A program made the translations under genes and the position numbers. A DNA stretch of 64,000 nt from the NCBI RefSeq assembly GCF_009914755.1, contig NC_060948.1; one strand, 5' to 3'. This DNA comes from the human T2T-CHM13v2.0 reference genome, Homo sapiens. Of this stretch, positions 57,325 through 64,000 are shown in pieces (positions within the stretch are counted from its first letter, which is position 1; each line of letters begins with the position of its first letter). Under the pieces are notes generated by a model, which did not search any database, was not told where the DNA came from, and was given only the letters and a program-made list of their open reading frames with translations.

Positions 57325-60300
57325 GAATGGAATCGAATGGATTGGAAAGGAATAGAATGGAATGGAATGGAATTGACTCAAATGGAATGGACTAGAATGG
57401 AATGGATTCGAATGGAAGGCAAAGGAATGGAATCTTTTGGAATGGACTGTAATGGAATGGAATGGAAGGGATTGGAATGGACTCGAATGGAATGGACTGC
57501 AATAGATAGGATTCGAATGGAATGAAAAAGAATTGAATGGAATAGAACAGAATGGAATCAAATCGAATGAAATGGAATGGAATAGAAAGGAATGGAATGA
57601 AATGGAATGGAAAGGATTCGAATGGAATGCAATCGAATGGAATGGAATCGAACGGAATGGAATAAAATGGAAGAAAACTGGCAAGAAATGGAATCGAAAT
57701 GAATGGAGTGTTATGGAACGGACTCAAAAGGAATTGAATGTAATAGAATGGAGTGGAGTGGACTCGAATATAATGGACTGGAATGGAATGAAATCACATG
57801 GAATGGGAACGAATGGAATGGAATGGAAAGGAATGGAATCGAATGGAAAGGAATCGAATGGAAGGGAATGAAATTGAATCAACAGGAATGGAAGGGAATA
57901 GAATAGACGGTAATGGAATGGACTTGAATAGAATGGACACGAATGCTCAAATTGAATGGACTCGAATGGAATGGAAACGAAAGGAATGTCATCGAATGGA
58001 ATTGAATCGATTGGAATGAAATGGCATAGAATGGAGTGGAATCAAATGGAATTGAATCGAAAGGAAAGGAAGCGAATGGACTGAAATGAAATGGAATGGA
58101 ATTGAATGGAAAGTAATGCAATGGAATAGAATGGAACGAAATTTCACGGAATGGAATCAAACTGAATGGAATCAAATCAATGGAATCAAATCAAATGGAA
58201 TGGAAAGGAATTGAATGGAGTAGATTGGATTGGATGGGATTGGAATGAAATGTACTGGAAAGGACTCGAATTTCATGAAACGGAATGGAATGAATTGGAA
58301 CGGAATGGACTCGAATGGAATGGAATGTCATGGAATGGCATCAAATGGAATGGCATCAAATGGAATGGAATCGAATGCAATGGAATGCTATGGAATGGAA
58401 TGGAATGCATTGGAATGGAATGTCCTCTAATGGAATGGATTCGAGTGGAATGGAATCGAATATAATGGAGTCGAATGAAATGGAATTGAAAGGAATGGGA
58501 TCGAATACAATGGAATATACTGGAATGTAATGTAATGAACTCGAATGTAATTGACTGGAATGGAATGTACATGAATGGAATGTAATCGAATGGAAAGTAA
58601 TCCAATGGAATAGAATCTAATGCAATAAAATCGACTCAGATAGAGTAGAATGTAATGGAATGGAGTGCAGTGCAATGGAATGGAATGGAATGGAATGCAA
58701 TGGAATGGAATGTTATGGAATGGAATGGGATGGAATGGTATGGAATGGACAGTAATGGACTGGAGTGAAATGGACTGGAAAGGAATGGACTCAAATTGAA
58801 AGGGCTCGAAAGGAATGGAGACAAATGGAATGGTCTGGAATGGAATGAACACGAATGTAATGCAATCCAATAGAATGGAGTCGAATGGCATGGAATATAA
58901 AGAAATGGAATCGAAGAGAATGGAAACAAATGGAATGGAATTGAATGGAATGGAATTGAATGGAATGGGAACGAATGGAGTGAAATTGTATGCAGTAGAA
59001 GAGAATAGAATGGAATGCAAGCGAAAGGAAAGGAATGGATTGGAATGGAATGGAATTCATTGGAATGGAAGGGAATGTAGTGTAATGGACAGGCCTGGAA
59101 TAAAGTGGAATGCTACGGTCTCGAATGGTATAAAAATGTATGGAATGGAATGCAATGAAACGGAATCGAATGTCATAGAATGTAATGGAATGCAAAAAAA
59201 TGGAATCCAAAATCATTGACTGGAAAGGCAGGGTGTCGAAAGGAATTGACTCCAATGGAATGGAATCGAATGGAATGGAAGTGAATAGAATCGAACTAAA
59301 TCGAATGGAATGGAATTGATAGGAACGGAATGGAAAGGAATGCAATGATTTGGCATGGAATGCCATCGAATGGCATCGAATGGAATGGAATGGAATGCAA
59401 TGGAATGGAATGTATTAGAATGTAATGAACTTTAATGGAATGTACTCGAATGGATTCGACTGGAATGGAATGTTCTGGAAGTGAATGGACTCCAATGGAA
59501 TGGATTCCAAAGGAATGGAATCGTACGGAATGGAATCTAATGGAATGGAATTAAATGGAAATGAATCAAATTGAATAGCACGGAATTGAATTGAATGGAA
59601 TGGAATGCAATGGAATCTAATGAAACGGAAAGGAAAGGAATGGAATGGAATGGAATGGGCTGGAATGGAAAGGAATCGAAACGAATGGAATGGAATCGAA
59701 GTGAAGAGACTGGAATGGAATGCACTGGAATGGAAGGGAGTGTAATGGAAGGTTCTCGAAAAAAATGGAATCGAATGGAATGGAATTGAATGGAACGGAA
59801 TAGAGTCGAATGGAATTGAATGGAATGGAATGGACTAGAGTGAAATGGAATCGAACCACAAGGAATGGACAGGAATAGAATGGTCTCGAATTGAATGGAA
59901 TCGTATGGAATGGCATCAAACGGAATGGAATGGACAGCCACGGAATGGAATGCACTCGAATGCAATGGAGTCGAAACTAATGGACTGGAATAGAATGGAC
60001 TCGACTGGTACGGACTCCAATGGAATGGAATCGAATGGAAGGGAATCGAACGGAATGGACTCGAAGGGAAAAGACTGCAATGGAAAGGTCTCGAATGGAA
60101 TGGAAATTAATTGAATGGAATGGAATCGAATGAAATGGAGTCAAAAGGAATGGAATCGAATGGCAAGAAATCGAATGTAATGGAATCGCAAGGAATTGAT
60201 GTGAACGGAACGGAATGGAATGGAATCCAAAGGAATGGAATATAATGGAATGGAATCGAATGGAAAGGACTCGAATGGAAATCACTCGAATAGAATGCAA

Positions 60301-60863
60301 TTTAATAAAATAGGATCAAATGTAATGGAATGGAATGGAAAGGAATCGAAACGAAAGGAATGGAGACAGATGGAATGGAATGGAACAGAGAGCAATGGTA
60401 TAGAATGGAATGGAATCATCTGGAATGGAATTGAATGGAATGGAATAATATGAAATGGAATGGAATGGAATGGAATGGAATGCCGTTGAATTAAATGGAC
60501 CGGACTCGAACAGAGTGGAATGGAAAGTGTTGAGATAGAATGGAATGGACTCCTTTGGAATGCTCTAGTATGCAATGCAATCGACTGGCAGGGAATAAAA
60601 AGGAATGTAATCGAATGGATTGGACTGGAATGCAATGGACTCGAATAGATTGGAAACGGAATGCAAAGGAATGGAATGGAATAGTATGGAATGGAATGGA
60701 AAGGAATGGAGTGGAATAGACTAGAGTGGAATGGAATGGACTGGAAAGCAATGGACTGGAATGGAACTTTCTTGAATGGAGTGGAATCAAACGGAATGGA
60801 ATGCAATGCAATCAAATGGCATGGAATAAAATAGAATGAAAGAGAATCAAATGGAATTGAATC
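57325..60863 (+). repeat. DYZ1 unit U17 (3539 bp; D head; most divergent unit)
   Basis: 57533->61072; many private substitutions, an interrupted GGAAT tract and a 10-bp deletion near 60500. Confidence 0.9.
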
Positions 60864-63800
60864 GAATGGAATCGAATGGATTGGAAAGGAATAGAATGGA
60901 ATGGAATGGAATTGACTCAAATGGAATGGACTAGAATGGAATGGATTCGAATGGAAGGCAAAGGAATGGAATCTTTTGGAATGGACTGTAATGGAATGGA
61001 ATGGAAGGGATTGGAATGGACTCGAATGGAATGGACTGCAATAGATAGGATTCGAATGGAATGAAAAAGAATTGAATGGAATAGAACAGAATGGAATCAA
61101 ATCGAATGAAATGGAATGGAATAGAAAGGAATGGAATGAAATGGAATGGAAAGGATTCGAATGGAATGCAATCGAATGGAATGGAATCGAACGGAATGGA
61201 ATAAAATGGAAGAAAACTGGCAAGAAATGGAATCGAAATGAATGGAGTGTTATGGAACGGACTCAAAAGGAATTGAATGTAATAGAATGGAGTGGAGTGG
61301 ACTCGAATATAATGGACTGGAATGAAATGAAATCACATGGAATGGGAACGAATGGAATGGAATGGAAAGGAATGGAATCGAATGGAAAGGAATCGAATGG
61401 AAGGGAATGAAATTGAATCAACAGGAATGGAAGGGAATAGAATAGACGGTAATGGAATGGACTCGAATAGAATGGACACGAATGCTCAAATAGAATGGAC
61501 TCGAATGGAATGGAAACGAAAGGAATGTCATCGAATGGAATTGAATCGATTGGAATGAAATCGCATAGAATGGAGTGGAATCAAATGGAATTGAATCGAA
61601 AGGAAAGGAAGCGAATGGACTGAAATGAAATGGAATGGAATTGAATGGAAAGTAATGCAATGGAATAGAATGGAACGAAATTTCACGGAATGGAATCAAA
61701 CTGAATGGAATCAAATCAATGGAATCAAATCAAATGGAATGGAAAGGAATTGAATGGAGTAGATTGGATTGGATGGGATTGGAATGAAATGTACTGGAAA
61801 GGACTCGAATTTCATGAAACGGAATGGAATGAATTGGAACGGAATGGACTCGAATGGAATGGAATGTCATGGAATGGCATCAAATGGAATGGCATCAAAT
61901 GGAATGGAATCGAATGCAATGGAATGCTATGGAATGGAATGGAATGCATTAGAATGGAATGTCCTCTAATGGAATGGATTCGAGTGGAATGGAATCTAAT
62001 ATAATGGAGTCGAATGAAATGGAATTGAAAGGAGTGGGATCGAATACAATGGAATATACTGGAATGTAATGTAATGAACTCGAATGTAATTGACTGGAAT
62101 GGAATGTACATGAATGGAATGTAATCGAATGGAAAGTAATCCAATGGAATAGAATCTAATGCAATAAAACCGACTCAGATAGAGTAGAATGTAATGGAAT
62201 GGAGTGCAGTGCAATGGAATGGAATGGAATGGAATGCAATGCAATGGAATGGAATGGAATGGAATGGAATGGAATGGAATGGAATGGAATGGGATGGAAT
62301 GGGATGGGATGGAATGGTATGGAATGGATAGTAATGGACTGGAGTGAAATGGACTGGAAAGGAATGGACTCAAATTGAAAGGGCTCGAAAGGAATGGAGT
62401 CAAATGGAATGGTCTGGACTGGAATGAACACGAATGTAATGCAATCCAATAGAATGGAATCGAATGGCATGGAATATAAAGAAATGGAATCGAAGAGAAT
62501 GGAAACAAATGGAATGGAATTGAATGGAATGGAATTGAATGGAATGGGAACGAATGGAGTGAAATTGTATGCAGTAGAAGGGAATAGAATGGAATGCAAG
62601 CGAAAGGAAAGGAATGGATTGGAATGGAATGGAATTCATTGGAATGGAAGGGAATGTAGTGTAATGGACAGGCCTGGAATAAAGTGGAATGCTACGGTCT
62701 CGAATGGAATAAAAATGTATGGAATGGAATGCAATGAAACGGAATCGAATGTCATAGAATGTAATGGAATGCAACAAAATGGAATCCAAAATCATTGACT
62801 GGAAAGGCTGGGTGTCGAAAGGAATTGACTCCAATGGAATGGAATCGAATGGAATGGAAGTGAATAGAATCGAACTAAATCGAATGGAATGGAATTGATA
62901 GGAACGGAATGGAAAGGAATGCAATGATTTGGCATGGAATGCAATCGAATGGCATCGAATGGAATGGAATGGAATGCAATGGAATGGAATGTATTAGAAT
63001 GTAATGAACTTTAATGGAATGTACTCGAATGGATTCGACTGGAATGGAATGTTCTGGAAGTGAATGGACTCCAATGGAATGGATTCAAAAGGAATGGAAT
63101 CGTACGGAATGGAATCTAATGGAATGGAATTAAATGGAAATGAATCAAATTGAATAGCACGGAATTGAATTGAATGGAATGGAATGCAATGGAATCTAAT
63201 GAAACGGAAAGGAAAGGAATGGAATGGAATGGAATGGGCTGGAATGGAAAGGAATCGAAACGAATGGAATGGAATCGAAGTGAAGAGACTGGAATGGAAT
63301 GCACTGGAATGGAAGGGAGTGTAATGGAAGGTTCTCGAAAAAAATGGAATCGAATGGAATGGAATTGAATGGAACGGAATAGAGTCGAATGGAATTGAAT
63401 GGAATGGAATGGACTAGAGTGAAATGGAATCGAACCACAAGGAATGGACAGGAATAGAATGGTCTCGAATTGAATGGAATCGTATGGAATGGCATCAAAC
63501 GGAATGGAATGGACAGCCACGGAATGGAATGCACTCGAATGCAATGGAGTCGAAACTAATGGACTGGAATAGAATGGACTCGACTGGTACGGACTCCAAT
63601 GGAATGGAATCGAATGGAAGGGAATCGAACGGAATGGACTCGAAGGGAAAAGACTGCAATGGAAAGGTCTCGAATGGAATGGAAATTAATGGAATGGAAT
63701 GGAATCGAATGAAATGGAGTCAAAAGGAATGGAATCGAATGGCAAGAAATCGAATGTAATGGAATCGCAAGGAATTGATGTGAACGGAACGGAATGGAAT

Positions 63801-64000
63801 GGAATCCAAAGGAATGGAATAGAATGGAATGGAATCGAATGGAAAGGACTCGAATGGAAATCACTCGAATAGAATGCAATTTAATAAAATAGGATCAAAT
63901 GTAATGGAATGGAATGGAAAGGAATCGAAACGAAAGGAATGGAGACAGATGGAATGGAATGGAACAGAGAGCAATGGTATAGAATGGAATGGAATCATCT
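60864..64000 (+). repeat. DYZ1 unit U18 (partial, truncated by the window end; D head)
   Basis: Homologous ORF at 61072; the sequence continues in register to the end of the window. Confidence 0.9.

Larger units (their letters stand above)
1..64000 (+). repeat. DYZ1: Human satellite III (HSat3) array, DYZ1 family of Yq12; GGAAT strand on +, ~3.57 kb unit x ~17.9
   Basis: Continuous degenerate GGAAT pentamers. The same ORF pattern recurs at 209, 3753, 7312, 10886, 14470, 18054, 21638, 25232, 28831, 32420, 36009, 39608, 43192, 46786, 50370, 53954, 57533 and 61072 (period 3539-3599 bp; classical DYZ1 unit 3564 bp). One GGCC (HaeIII) per unit, e.g. 1763 and 5322, with GAATTC 39 bp upstream (1724, 5283). 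Contains TTGAATGGAATGGGAACGAATGG (1627-1649) and GGACAGGCCTGGAATAAAGTGGA (1758-1780), which I recall as the Y1.2 primer and the reverse complement of the Y1.1 primer. Confidence 0.96.

Noticed and set aside
13-63879. Hundreds of 60-318 aa ORFs (MEWNG- and IPFHS-rich)
   Set aside because: They are direct translations of (GGAAT)n and (ATTCC)n, which contain no stop codons. They overlap in several frames, recur with every unit, are frameshifted by 5-bp indels and show no domain-like sequence.
1-64000. CRISPR-like or prokaryotic repeat-spacer system
   Set aside because: There are no unique spacers and no cas or other genes; all sequence is pentamer-derived and repeats at ~3.57 kb.
1-64000. HSat2, alpha satellite, DYZ2/Alu blocks, transposon insertion or strand inversion
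   Set aside because: The 5-bp register is nearly continuous, unlike HSat2. There is no 171-bp monomer and no AT-rich or Alu segment, and GGAAT stays on the + strand throughout.

Overview
The whole 64 kb window is one uninterrupted head-to-tail array of human satellite III, built from (GGAAT)n/(CATTC)n pentamers. It is organised as 17 complete and 1 partial copy of a ~3.54-3.60 kb unit. The unit size, the single HaeIII/StuI site with a nearby EcoRI site, and exact matches to the classical Y1.1/Y1.2 sexing-primer sequences (recalled from memory) identify it as DYZ1, the HSat3 array of human Yq12 heterochromatin. I see no genes, transposons, CRISPR arrays, inversions or DYZ2 blocks, and all listed ORFs (MEWNG.../IPFHS...) are artefacts of translating the pentamer. 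I find no evidence of a new gene system; the notable signals are structural and regulatory. (1) Each unit carries three perfect heat-shock elements (nGAAnnTTCnnGAAn), invariant across the window. (2) Three unit haplotypes occur in a readable order. (3) There is a ~10.77 kb three-unit tandem duplication whose junction appears to lie in the internal pure (GGAAT)n tract, and a probable ~7.17 kb two-unit duplication. (4) Unit lengths are always 4 mod 5. (5) One unit (57.3-60.9 kb) is clearly more divergent than the rest.
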